From: Macrostomum hystrix
Taxonomy: Eukaryota; Animalia; Platyhelminthes
Length of the DNA stretch: 64,000 nt
NCBI GenBank assembly: GCA_950097015.1
Contig: CATNEN010000008.1
Span: 2,232,001 to 2,296,000, forward strand
Reading direction: 5' to 3'
Below, one piece after another: positions 47,692 through 60,637 of this stretch. A model generated the notes under the pieces. The model was not told the origin of the DNA and did no database searches. It was given only the letters and a program-made list of their open reading frames with translations. Made by a program: the position numbers and the translations under genes. Each line of letters starts with the position of its first letter. Within the stretch, counting starts at the first letter, position 1.

Positions 47692-50600
47692 CTATGAGTT
47701 GCTCATGCCGCGAATTTGGGCGATTAAATCCTCAAGCTTGCGCTCTTCATCCGCACTGCAACGCTGGGGACTTCTTAACTGCTGCTGCTGCTGCTGCTGC
47801 GGTTGTTGTTGCTGTTGATGTGACAGAAAATTGCTCAAATCTGCACCGTGATGGCAAAAGTTACGAATCTGAAATGTTAAGTTATTGTGTACGACATTGT
47901 AGGTATATTTTAGTGCCCGCTTTCCTTTTCACGACTCGTATTTGATTGAGTGTCAGTTCAACGCGCCAACCCATTCTTTTTTCTCCTGTCACTAACTGGC
48001 TGTGCTGTTATCTATTCAATCACCAAGATAATTATATCTCCTATCGTCAGTCTTTCTTCACTCACCTGATTGGTGGGTCAATTAAACTAAACTTCCGTTT
48101 CCGTATTTTCGTCTCCCTCCTAGCCGCTGATTGGCTAGTCGATTAACACTAACCTTCCATTTCGGAATTCACTCCTCCTAACCGCCGATTGGTTGACATT
48201 TTTTATTTCTACCCAATAAGCTTTCACGTGGAAGTGAAAATTTAACAATAGCGAACCTCTCTAGCCAGCAGTCGCAATCGCTCAAAATTGACCAGTCCGT
48301 TGCTGCCGCCCCGGCTCTGGAGTTCACCGCACTCGCGCAGTGCGGCCAAATCTTTGCAGAGGATGGCCAGGTATGGCAGCAGCTGCTGTTGCTGTTGCAC
48401 CTGACTGGACGATTGATCGCTCGATCTAATGGGAGGGAAAACATGGGAAAAAATAGGATGTCTGGACTTAAATTATTATTCCCAGTGCCTTGAAGTGGTC
48501 ACCAACCACAACCAGATCGTACAGGGGTCACCAGCCCTCCCCAGATCGAACAGGGGGTCACCAGCCCTCCCCAGATCGTACAGGGGGTCACCAACTCTCC
48601 CCAGATCGTACCGGGGGTCACCAGCCCTCCCCAGATCGTGCAGATCCTACTCGCCCTTACCTGGCAGTCCTGACCAGCTGTCTGTAGGCAGCATGATTCA
48701 TCGACACGTCGGTCAGCTTTTCCAGAGAACGCCAAAACTGTCGATATTTCTTGCTAAGCCGCTGGCAGAATGGCTCCAGGCTGGACCTGCCAGCCATCAC
48801 AGCCAGAGCCAGGCTCATCAGGCTGTTTAGATTACCGATGCGCCAGCAGTGTCTGCAGATACGAAGCAGCTGCTTCAACGCCAGAAGCTGACGCCGACTG
48901 ATCGCTGACGCTGATGAGACTGTCGGTAGTATCTGGGTGACAACGCCAGCAGCCCAGGTCGATTCGCTCTGCGTTGCTGACATCAAAACCTGAAGCGGCC
49001 CTCCGACAGCTCCGCCGCCGCAGCCACCGCCGCTGAGCCACCAGTCAACCAGCTGACGTGGCCGAATTTGTCGATGCAATCGAAAGTCGGCATCGCAGAG
49101 ACGAGCGGCGATTTGCTTGGCGTTGGCCTGTAGGGTGATTCGGAGAATCGTTTTTGAGGATAATTCCCAACCAAGACAGTCCCAATGCTCCATGCAGACT
49201 TCCAGCTCGTTGAGCAAATAGAGACCTCTTCTGATCAGTGCGCGCCCCACTAAAAATCGATAGAGCTGAGCGAAAAACTATCTAATTATAGAATCTGCAG
49301 CACATACTGGATAGCGTGTGTCTGGCAGTTTGATCTATTTTTAGAGCGTTTATACGTTTATTCTATCTACGATTTGTGCTATTCTGCTCGAGCTACGTTT
49401 CCTACTGCGATTCTAGCTATCGGTCCAGCTGCGATTCTTGCTACTAATCCGGCTGCTATTCTAGCTACGATTCTACTTGTCATTCTAGCTACGATTCTAG
49501 CTGCGATTCTAGCTACGATTCCAGTTGCGATTCTAGCTATCGATCCTGCTTCGATTCCAGCTGCGATTCTAGCTATCGATCCTGCTACGATTCCAGCTGC
49601 GATTCCAGCTGCGATTCTAGCTATCGATCCTGCTTCGATTTTAGCTGCGATTCTAGCTATCGATCCTGCTGCGATTCTAGCTGCGATTCTGCAATAGATT
49701 CTGTTGCGATTTTAGTTATCGATCCTGCTGCGATTCTAACTATCGATCCTGCTGCGATTCTAGCTGCGATTCTGCTATCGATTATGTTGTGATTCAAGTT
49801 ATCGATCCTGCTGCGATTCTAGTTGCGATTCTAGTTATCGATCCTGCTGCGATTCTAGCTGCGATTCTAGCTATCGATCCTGCTACGATTCCAGCTGCGA
49901 TTCTAGCTATTGATCCTGCTATGATTCCAGCTGCGATTCTAGTTATCGATTCTGCTACGATTCCAGCTGCGATTCCAGCTATCGATCCCGTTTCGATTCT
50001 GGCTATTGATCCTGCTGCGATTCTAGTTATCGATCCTGCTGCGATTCTAGCTATCGATCCTGCTGCGATTCTAGCTACGATTCCAGCTGCGATTCTAGCT
50101 ATTGATCCTGCTGCGATTCTTGTGTAGCTGCTTCGATTCCTAGCTGCAGAGGCTGAACAATGAGTCTGAATTCAAGATAATATTTTAGACTAAGATGAGT
50201 TTCTCTGAAGAACCCGAAAGAAAATGGCAAGCTGAAAAAATACTCTTCGTTTTGGTAGCTCGCAGAAATGAGATAAGCAAATTAATTTCAGATCCTTCTC
50301 AAACTAATTGCGGGCTTATCCTCTAAGCCATGCTGAGTTCTGATGGGGGGGCTTTTAGCGCCTTGGACAACTCGATGAAGACCGAGTGGCGCAAGCTTCA
50401 TCGCAGATTCCGCATAGATACGGAAGCTGAGACCTTCGGGCTGCAGATATGGACCGAAAAACAGGCTACACCACCAAATTCGATTTCTCCCAAACTCACC
50501 CCAGCACTCTCGGTTTTCTGTAGGTTAGGAATGGGGATCTATCACTTGGGGATCTAGGGCGACTGGCTGTTGGGAGGCCGGTTTTAGGGCAGGCAGCCTA

Positions 50601-53600
50601 TCATTTAGCGATGATAGATATGCTAATTTTCTCAGCACTCAGCGAACTGACTGTACGCATGTGACTGTACGCATGTGACTGTACGCTGAGCTGATTGTCT
50701 CACCAAAGCTATTAGCCAACAGAAGTACATAAGTACAGATTACGATACCTATTTTGATTCCAAGTTACGATACCTAGCTTCGATTCTCAGTACCATACCT
50801 GCTGCATTTATTACGTCGATAATTTGAGTGATTTTAACTTTAATTCCTGAATAGATTCGAGCTTCGATTCCGGAATAGATTCTAGCTTCGATTCCGGAAT
50901 AGATTCTAGCTTCGATTCCTGAATAGATTCTAGCTTCGATTCCTGAATAGATTCTAGCTTCGATTCCTAAAATGGTTCGAGCTTCGATTCCTAAAATGGT
51001 TCGAGCTTCGATTCCTGAAAAGATTCCAGCTGCGATTCTTTAACAGACAATAGCTTCGATTCCTAAAGAGATTCTAGCTTCGATTCCTAAAGAGATTCTA
51101 GCTTCGATTCCTAAAGAGATTCCAGCTTCGATTCCTAAAGAGATTCTAGCTTCGATTCCTAAAGAGATTCTAGCTTCGATTCCTAGATTGATTCTAGCTT
51201 CGATTCCTAAATTGATTCTAGCTTCGATTCCTAAAGAGATTCCAGCTTCGATTTCTAGATAGATTCTAGCTTCGATTCCTAAAGAGATTCCAGCTTCGAT
51301 TTCTAGATAGATTCTAGCTTCGATTCCTAGATTGATTCTAGCTTCGATTCCTAAAGAGATTCCAGCTTCGATTCCTAAAGAGATTCCAGCTTCGATTCCT
51401 AAAGAGATTCTAGCTTCGATTCTTAAATTGATTGTAGCTTCGATTCCTAGATTGATTCTAGCTTCGATTCCTAAAGAGATTCCAGCTTCGATTCCTAAAG
51501 AGATTCCAGCTTCGATTCCTAAAGAGATTCCAGCTTCGATTCCTAAAGAGATTCTAGCTTCGATTCCTAAAGAGATTCCAGCTTCGGTTCCTAAAGAGAT
51601 TCTAGCTTCGATTCCTAAAGAGATTCCAGCTTCGTCGATTTCTAAAGAGATTCCAGCTTCGATTCCAAAGAGATTCTAGCTTCGATTCCTAAAGAGATTC
51701 TAGCTTCGATTCTTAAATTGATTGTAGCTTCGATTCCTAGATTGATTCTAGCTTCGATTCCTAAAGAGATTCTAGCTTCGATTCCTATAGAGATTCCAGC
51801 TTCGATTTCTAGATAGATTTTAGCTTCGATTCCTAGATTGATTCTAGCTTCGATTCCTAAAGAGATTCCAGCTTCGATTCCTAAAGAGATTCCAGCTTCG
51901 ATTCCTAAAGAGATTCTAGCTTCGATTCTTAAATTGATTGTAGCTTCGATTCCTAGATTGATTCTAGCTTCGATTCCTAAAGAGATTCCAGCTTCGATTC
52001 CTAAAGAGATTCCAGCTTCGATTCCTAAAGAGATTCCAGCTTCGATTCCTGAAGAGATTCTAGCTTCGATTCCTAAAGAGATTCCAGCTTCGGTTCCTAA
52101 AGAGATTCTAGCTTCGATTCCTAAAGAGATTCCAGCTTCGATTTCTAAAGAGATTCCAGCTTCGATTCCAAAGAGATTCTAGCTTCGATTCCTAAAGAGA
52201 TTCCAGCTTCGATTTCTAGATAGATTCTAGCTTCGATTCCTAAATAGATTCTAGCTTCGATTCCTAAAGAGATTCCAGCTTCGATTTCTAGATAGATTCT
52301 AGCTTCGATTCCTAGATTGATTCTAGCTTCGATTCCTAAAGAGATTCTAGCTTCGATTCCTAAAGAGATTCCAGCTTCGATTTCTAGATAGATTTTAGCT
52401 TCGATTCCTAGATTGATTCTTGCTTCGATTCCTAAATTGATTAAAGCTTAGATTCATGAAAAGATTCCAGCTGCGATTCTAGCTTCGATTCCTAGATAAA
52501 TTCTAACTTTCATTTCTGCAAAAATTGTTGCTTCGTTTCCTGAAAATATTCTAGCTTCGATTCCTGTTGCGATTCCAGGCTAGCCGACAGATGGCGACTA
52601 GGAAATTTAGGATAATCGGAGGGATGCAGGATGTTAGCCGGGCTATATTTTTCCTTTCCTCTCTCTCTCTTTCTCCGTCTCTCTATATTTTCCATTTTAG
52701 TCCTTGCGGGGCGATGGCAGTTGCCCTTAAAGTGGACAGTGAATCGGCCTTCCCTTCGATTCCTCTGAACAGGCTAGAAAGATTATGACTGATGACTCAG
52801 CTTCATAGAGCCTGCCAACCCCCGTAGAAACAGTTGCTGCTGTGCTAAATCGGATTAGAGTAGGAATTGGCAAATATACAGGGCGTGTGAGTGTGTTTGG
52901 CGAACTTCCGAGAGAAAATGATCCTGACTACGAATGCCGTGCCGATAACAGCAATATCACTCCAGTCTATCACGTTCTGTGTACATTTTTTCTCATTTCT
53001 AGAAGACTGTTTTTTATACTCTTTATGCCGAATTTTACAACGCCTGATTCAGTAGACAATCCTTTACTCTCCATTAGATAATACTTTACTTTTAAGTAGA
53101 TAATCCTTCACTCTCTAGAGGATAATCCTTCACTCTCCAGTAGATAATCCTTCACTCTCCAGTAGATAATCCTTCACTCTCCAGTAGATAATCCTTCACT
53201 CTCCAGTAGATAATCCTTCACTCTCCAGTAGATAATCCTTCACTCTCCAGTAGATAATCCTTCACTCTCCAGTAGATAATCCTTCACTCTCCAGTGGATA
53301 ATCCTTCACTCTCCAGTAGATAATCCTTCACTCTCCAGTGGATAATCCTTCAATCTCCAGTAGATAATCCTTCACTCTCCAGTAGATAATCCTTCACTCT
53401 CCAGTAGATAATCCTTCACTCTCCAGTAGATAATCCTTCACTCTCCAGTAGATAATCCTTCACTCTCCAGTAGATAATCCTTCACTCTCCAGTGGATAAT
53501 CCTTCACTCTCCAGTAGATAATCCTTCACTCTCCAGTGGATAATCCTTTACTCTCCAGTGGATAATCCTTCAATCTCCAGTAGATAATCCTTCACTCTCC

Positions 53601-56600
53601 AGTAGATAATCCTTCACTCTCCAGTAGATAATCCTTCACTCTCCAGTAGATAATCCTTCACTCTCTAGTGGATAATCCTCCACAATCTAGAAGACACTTC
53701 TGGAAACGATAACTTGGTAGAAATCAGTATTAATTAATCTGCAGAGTAAATAGTTTTCCTCACTCTCTCACATCATCTCGCTGGCCTCATTGTTGGAACA
53801 GGCGATGAAAGATTGCGCTCTTGACCCATTCAAAGGCCGAATTGTACCAGAACAGGAAGAGAAGGAAGAAGAATTACAGAAAGAACCACACCAGAAGCAG
53901 CAGCAGGACTGGTGTGCAGAAGAGAGAGAAGTCGGAAAAGGCAAGCAGCAGCAGCAGCCGAGGCATTATCGGCACAGCCGGATCGGCCGCGTCTGGAATA
54001 AGAAGAAGAAGAAGAAGCCGAGGCATTACTAATTACTGTTGCACTGTTGCTTCCGATAGTCGTTCTCTCCCTCTCTCTCTTCTGTCTGAGGTTTGCAACC
54101 GCCTTTAACAAGCATTGGTTATTTCCGTCTTTTTTGTTTCGCAGCATTTTATCCTCGAGGCACTACAACCAATGCTGGGTGATTAATCGGCTTCTTCTTT
54201 ACGACTGCTTAGCTGCTTTCTAGTTACAAAAAGAAAAAAATAGAAGAATGAACGTGGAAAAAGTAACAATTTATTGTAATTTTGTTAATACGTTAAACCT
54301 TTGTTCGTTACATTTTTTTTAAACTTCAAAAACTTCCGTTACTTTTGCTGTGTAACTTTTTTATTATAATCGTTAGTTTTGATATCAGTTGCCTTTTCAT
54401 TAAATTGAAACGCAGTCAAGCAGCGATCTAATTCTGTATCATCCTTTTCGACTGTCTGCTTGGTATTAGACAGAAAACCCCCCGTAGCTTCCATTCCTCT
54501 TTTTTCCTTTGCAATATGCGGAAGCTGCATAGTAATGAGGCTCACTGGCCAAATAGACTAGGGAGAAAAAAGTGCACACACTCGAAGGGAGAAAAAAGTC
54601 GAGACCCAAAACAGGAGGGGAAAGGCAACCCTCGTGATAGACCGGCGCGGATAAGTCGCACATTTCCCTATAGAAATTCCCAATTGGAGGGGCGGAGAGG
54701 ATAGGAATGTAGAGGCGAGCGAATAACTGGGAGACCAGTTTGGGGTCTGTCAGTATTCTAAAATAATTTTATCGTTTCCTTCTCCCCGACTTCTCCCAGT
54801 CTACCTAATTTCATCCTTGATCGAGACTAGAAATGTATTTGACTAGGAATTCCATTTATAAAACTGACTGGTACGGTTGCTGCAGTCAACGAGAATATAA
54901 TTAAGGCCATAGACAGGAAGGATTCTTAGTAAGCTGCAGTCAACGAGAATATAATTAAGGCCATAGACAAGAAGGATACTTAGAAGCTGCAGTCAACGAG
55001 AAAATAAATAAGGCCATAGACAGGATGGATTCTCAGTAGCTGCAGTCAACGAGAATATAATTAAGGCCATAGACAGGAAGGATTCTTAGTAAGCTGCACT
55101 CAACGAGAATATAATTAAGGCCATAGATGGCCATTTTAAGCTAAATATTTCGTTTTAGCTTTTTCGAAAGCTGTTACAGACAAAAACGTATGACAGCAAA
55201 GGATTTTGTACTTTAGTAAGTTTAAATAGTGCTGGTATGCAGTCTGATAAATTCAGACTTGGATAATCTGGGATATTCCAAATGGACATTGAACATGAGT
55301 GAGTAGACTTATAGCAGATTAACTTCGCTTTAGTGACAGCTAATCAATACAGTAAGCTGAAGCGAATGAGAAACATACTGACTAGCATTTACTTGCAGTT
55401 ACCAGGACTTTGTTTTATTTGACAATCGCCCAGTAACGCGCACTCAAATATGGCACAGTTCTGCTAAAATAAATAAAAACAATGCTTATCTAGAATCCAG
55501 ATTACTTTTCGAAAACTTCTTCGATTCTAGCTTCGATTCCTGAATATATTCTATCTTCGATTCTTTATTTGATTCCAGCTTCGATTCCTTCTCCGATTTT
55601 AGCTTTGATTCCTTTTTGCGTTTCTAGCTTCGATTCCTTATTCAGTTCTAGCTTCGATTCCTCATTCGATTCTAGCTTCGATTCCTCATTCGATTCTAGC
55701 TTCGATTCCTGAATATATTCCAGCTTCGATTCCTTATTTGATTCTAGCTTCGATTCCGTCTACCATTCTAGTTCGATTCCTTTATTCGATTCTTCCTTTG
55801 ATTCTAGCTTCGATTATTTCTTTGATTCTTGTTATGATTCATTTTTGATTCTTGCTTCGATTCCTTATTTGATTCCAGCTTCGATTCCTTCTTGGCTTCT
55901 TACCTAATTTATAGATCCAGGGTTGAGAAATCCAGGACTTTGCGGCTTTGACCTTATTCTACAACTGTCCTGAAAATCCCCAAGCCGCAGCAAAAGTGTG
56001 GAAGTTTCGCTCACCGTCAAGAAATAATCAATAGGCGGTCCGCACCGCCTGCCGCCGGCCGCCTCCGCTTCGGCCATCAGCTGGCGCGCCTCCTCGTCCC
56101 TCGCCAGGCAGAGGTCGGCCGGCTCCCTCGGTCCTGCCAGATAGTAGCGGACCCGCGAACTGTCAGCCGGCGCCAGGCCCGCAGCCGGCAGCGCAGGAGC
56201 CAGGGCCCGACGCCTGACGAGCGGCCCGGGCGACACCGACACCTCCAGTAGGCGATATCCAGACAGGTTCGCGTCGCCGCAATCAACGGCATTTTCATCT
56301 TCGGGATCGTCGGCCGCGAATAGCGAGGTCAGGCCGAACGATCGTCGGGCGGTTGAGACAATGTCGGCGACTCGGGCGCCGCGCGGCAGACGGAGAAGCC
56401 GACGACGGCCGTCGGGCCGATGCACGCGCAGCAGCTGCGCCTCGGCACTGCAGCTCGCGTCAGCGTCATCGACGTCGTCGATGTCAAAGTCGTCGTCATC
56501 CTCGAAGCAGCGGCTGGCGATACTATCGCCGACGCCGGTGTCTGAAGACGGAGCGGTCGCACCTGCCACGGTGGCGGCCACGGAACAGCAGCCGCCCAAC

Positions 56601-59600
56601 GGTGGCTCAGGATTTCGGCAGGAAGCTGAGAGGGACCAGTGAAAATCAACTTTTTATATTCTCATTGTGCTTTGAAGCATTATTGACTGTTCACTGTTGC
56701 ACCTACTAACAGCCCCGACACCTCTAAATCCGCTCCCTATCATCACCCCATCTCTCTCAATCCGCCCCCTACCACCACCCCACTCCTCTCAATCCGCCCC
56801 CTACCACCACCCCACTCCTCTCAATCCGCCCCCTACCACCACGCCACTCCTCTCAATCCGCTCCCTACCACCAACCCACTGCTCTCAATCCGCTCCCTAC
56901 CACCACCCCACTCCTCTCAATCCGCTCTTTACCACCACCCCACTCCTCTCAATCCGTTCTTTACCACCACCCCACTCCTCTCAATCCGCTCCTTACCACC
57001 ACCCCACTCCTCTCAATCCGCTCCCTACCGGATCCGGCGCTGCAGGCCAGCCGCAGCAGCCGCCGTTCGCCGCTCGCCTCCTCGCCGCCACCCGCGCCCA
57101 GCAGCTGGTCCAGTCGCAGCAGTACCCCGAACAGCTCCGGATTCGTGGCGAAATCTTCGAAATAACTGCCGGCCCAGGTCAGCAGAACTCGCACTGCTCG
57201 AGTTCGCCGCTCGGGTGCGTCTTCGCCGCCCGCCGCGCTTAGCAACCGCTTAGCAACCGGCAGGCCGGATCGGAAGAGCGCCGGATAGGTCAGCAGGAAG
57301 TCCTCGGTGAAGCCAGGATCGGTCAGCTCGCATCGGGGCTCGCTCAGCTGGTCCAGAAGGCCGCGCGGAGTGCCACGAGTTGTCACCTGCAGCTGCTGGG
57401 TCGGCGAGCCCGGCGGAGCCGGTCGAATCTCCCGGACGAGCGACAGCGCGCCGTCCGAGCCGAGAATCTCCACGGTGCGGCAGGCTTCTTCAGCCAGGAC
57501 GCGCTGAAGCTCCGGCTGTGAATTTAGTGAGGATTCCAGTGGGATTTCGTAGGGATTGCAGTTGGAGATTTGGGTGGGATCCAGTTGGGATCATTGAATT
57601 ATTTCTGTTGAATATTCGTAGGATTTACCCAAATCGGAGGTGGTGGTCGAAAGAATTTCTCACCAGGGGAACTCGTGCGAACACGCATCCCATCGAGAGC
57701 GCCCTGATTGTTCCAACCTGCTTCTGATGCCCTCGCTGCTGCTGCTGCTGCCGGGGTCTGGCTCCGAAGGCGTCGCCAACAGACAGCAGTTCCGTCCGAT
57801 TGCCAGGTCGGACAATCTCGGCTTGGCCGCTGACAATCACGAACCAGGAGTCGAGCTCACGACCATCGGCTAGCAGAGTCTCCGAGGGCGCCGCCTCGCC
57901 GCTAATAGCCGCCTCGGCGAGCTGCCCGACGGCTGGCCGGGTGAAATCGGCGAAGCCGCGCAATTGTTGAAAAGCTGCGACAAGGGCGGCCACCTCAGCG
58001 GCGCGTCGCATCGCTGGCGGCTTGCGCAGCGCGTCCAGAACTGTCGGCGGACGTTCGAGAATCGCCGTCGAAGTCGCGGACGTCGCCGCTGCCCGTAGCG
58101 CCTCGTCGCCATCCCCGACATCGTCCTCATCTGCGTCGGCGTCTACCATCGGCAGGTCGTCTTCGTCTTCGTCGGCGCTGTCGTCTTCATCATCCTCTTC
58201 GTCGCGGTTGAAGCCAAAGCCATCAAAATCGTGCTCACCTTCGTGGGCCAGCAGTTCAACTTCTTCGTCGTGTTCAGCTGCGGCGCAAGTGGTGGCCGCC
58301 GTGGCCGCTGTCAGCTCGCTGCTGCCTGAGTAGGCGGACGATGTTTCAGAGCTGTGCGAACCTCCTGAGAATTTTGTCGCTGGCTTGATTTGGCCGGCGC
58401 CGCCTCCGCCGCCAAAAAATAAATACCGCCTCGTTGAAATACTGGCCACCTGTGGTAAAATTACAGTCAGTGAGTAGATGTGAGAAGAATGGGTTAAAGA
58501 GGACTGGGTTAGACAGGACTGGGTTAGACAGGACTGGGTTAGACAGGAATGGGTGAGACAGGACTGGGTTAGACAGGACTGGGTTAGACAGGAATGGGTG
58601 AGACAGGACTGGGTAAGACAGGACTGGGTGAGACAGGACTGGGTAAGACAGGACTGGGTGAGACAGGAATGGGTAAGACAGGACTGGGTTAGACAGGAAT
58701 GGGTAAGACAGGACTGGGTTAGACAGGACTGGGTGAGACAGGACTGGGTTAGACAGGAATGGGTGAGACAGGACTGGGTTAGACAGGACTGGGTTAGACA
58801 GGAATGGGTGAGACAGGACTGGGTAAGACAGGACTGGGTGAGACAGGACTGGGTAAGACAGGACTGGGTGAGACAGGAATGGGTAAGACAGGACTGGGTT
58901 AGACAGGACTGGGTTAGACAGGACTGGGTAAGACAGGACTGGGTTAGACAGGACTGGGTAAGACAGGACTGGGTTAGACAGGAATGGGTGAGACAGGACT
59001 GGGTGAGACAGGACTGGGTTAGACAGGAATGGGTGAGACAGGACTGGGTGAGACAGGACTGGGTTAGACAGGACTGGGTGAGACAGGAATGGGTGAGACA
59101 GGACTGGGTTAGACAGGACTGGGTGAGACAGGACTGGGTGAGACAGGACTGGGTGAGACAGGAATGGGTGAGACAGGAATGGGTGAGACAGGAATGGGTG
59201 AGATAGGAATGGGTTAGACAGGAATGGGTGAGACAGGACTGGGTGAGACAGGAATGGGTGAGACAGGACTGGGTAAGACAGGACTGGGTGAGACAGGAAT
59301 GGGTGAGACAGGACTGGGTAAGACAGGACTGGGTGAGACAGGACTGGGTAAGACAGGACTGGGTAAGACAGGAATGGGTGAGACAGGACTGGGTAAGACA
59401 GGACTGGGTGAGACAGGACTGGGTAAGACAGGACTGGGTGAGACAGGACTGGGTAAGACAGGACTGGGTGAGACAGGACTGGGTAAGACAGGACTGGGTG
59501 AGACAGGAATGGGTGAGACAGGAATGGGTGAGATAGGAATGGGTTAGACAGGAATGGGTGAGACAGGACTGGGTAAGACAGGACTGGGTGAGACAGGACT

Positions 59601-60637
59601 GGGTAAGACAGGACTGGGTGAGACAGGAATGGGTGAGACAGGAATGGGTGAGATAGGAATGGGTTAGACAGGAATGGGTTAGACAGGACTGGGTGAGACA
59701 GGAATGGGTGAGACAGGACTGGGTGAGACAGGAATGGGTGAGACAGGACTGGGTGAGACAGGACTGGGTTAGACAGGACTGGGTGAGACAGGAATGGGTG
59801 AGACAGGACTGGGTGAGACAGGACTGGGTTAGACAGGAATGGGTGAGACAGGAATGGGTGAGACAGGAATGGGTGAGACAGGAATGGGTTGGACAGGAAT
59901 GGGTTAGACAGGACTGGGTTAGACAGGACTGGGTGAGACAGGAATGGGTGAGACAGGAATGGGTGAGACAGGAATGGGTGAGACAGGAATGGGTGAGACA
60001 GGAATGGGTGAGACAGGAATGGGTTGGACAGGAATGGGTTAGACAGGACTGGGTTAGACAGGACTGGGTGAGACAGGACTGGGCGAGACAGGACTGGGTG
60101 AGACAGGAATGGGTGAGACAGGACTGGGTGAGACAGGACTGGGTTAGACAGGACTGGGTTAGACAGGACTGGGTTAGACAGGACTGGGTGAGACAGGACT
60201 GGGTTAGACAGGAATGGGTGAGACAGGAATGGGTGAGACAGGACTGGGTGAGACAGGACTGGGTGAGACAGGACTGGGTGAGACAGGACTGGGTTAGACA
60301 GGACTGGGTGAGACAGGAAAGGGTGAGACAGGAATGGGTGAGACAGGAAAGGGTGAGACAGGAAAGGGTGAGACAGGAATGGGTGAGACAGGAAAGGGTG
60401 AGACAGGAAAGGGTGAGACAGGAATGGGTGAGACAGGAATGGGTGGGTTTTCTTAGAAATTCCATGCATAGTATCTCGGATCAACGGTAGAACAAGTATC
60501 ATTGTAGACGAGATGCAAAGCCAGCTAGGATTGAAAGGCCTCTAAAAACAGACAGTCGCCCCGTCCCTCACCTTGGCTTGGCTTCCGGCTGCTCCTGGGA
60601 GAAGGCACCGCCTGCCCCCGCCGCCGTCCCCGTTCAT
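47692..60637 (-). CDS. RAPGEF2: RAPGEF2/6 (PDZ-GEF)-like Rap exchange factor: cNMP-binding, REM, RA and CDC25 domains, no PDZ; ~920 aa
   Basis: Exons 60637-60572, 58449-57664, 57515-57029, 56625-56015, 49127-48661, 48425-48257, 47868-47692; phases 0,0,1,0,2,0 match. Motifs: [11 protein letters not shown]; [28 protein letters not shown]; [20 protein letters not shown]; [25 protein letters not shown]; CDC25 [33 protein letters not shown]|IR. An upstream exon is possible (acceptor at 60651, donor near 61420). Confidence 0.85.
48512..48645. repeat. 30-bp minisatellite, ~4 copies (CCAGATCGTACAGGGGGTCACCAGCCCTCC)
   Basis: Direct periodicity next to the RapGEF donor at 48660. Confidence 0.85.
53052..53685. 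repeat. 22-bp minisatellite, ~28 copies (TAGATAATCCTTCACTCTCCAG)
   Basis: Direct periodicity. Confidence 0.95.
54879..55127. repeat. 54-bp tandem repeat, ~4.6 copies (GCTGCAGTCAACGAGAATATAATTAAGGCCATAGACAGGAAGGATTCTTAGTAA)
   Basis: GCTGCAGTCAACGAG at 54879, 54933 and onward. Confidence 0.9.
56712..57028. repeat. 32-bp minisatellite, ~10 copies (CCACTCCTCTCAATCCGCTCCCTACCACCACC), RapGEF intron 3
   Basis: On the minus strand the array begins exactly at the donor G|GTAGGG (57028). Confidence 0.92.
58488..60446. repeat. 15-bp minisatellite, ~130 copies (AGACAGGA[C/A]TGGGT[G/T/A]), filling RapGEF intron 1
   Basis: Direct periodicity; source of the THSCL, HPFLS and RQDWV ORFs. Confidence 0.97.

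Larger units (their letters stand above)
49385..55890. repeat. Three related 24-bp GATTC(T/C)AGCT arrays at ~49385-50140, ~50853-52500 and ~55520-55890
   Basis: Units GATTCTAGCTATCGATCCTGCTGC, GATTCTAGCTTCGATTCCTAAAGA and a degenerate third form. A ~506-bp block is duplicated inside the middle array (51332 vs 51838). All lie in one RapGEF intron. Confidence 0.92.

Noticed and set aside
48242-48256. RapGEF ending at EVRYC-stop
   Set aside because: A donor after LARE joins in phase to 47868-47692, giving LARE|IRNF, which matches the family pattern (AKEIR). The donor GTTCGC is weak, so the short form is not fully excluded.
16451-60637. Functional signalling cluster (cytohesin, PLC-beta, RapGEF)
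   Set aside because: All three relate to phosphoinositide or small-GTPase signalling, but such genes are common and nothing in the sequence indicates co-regulation.
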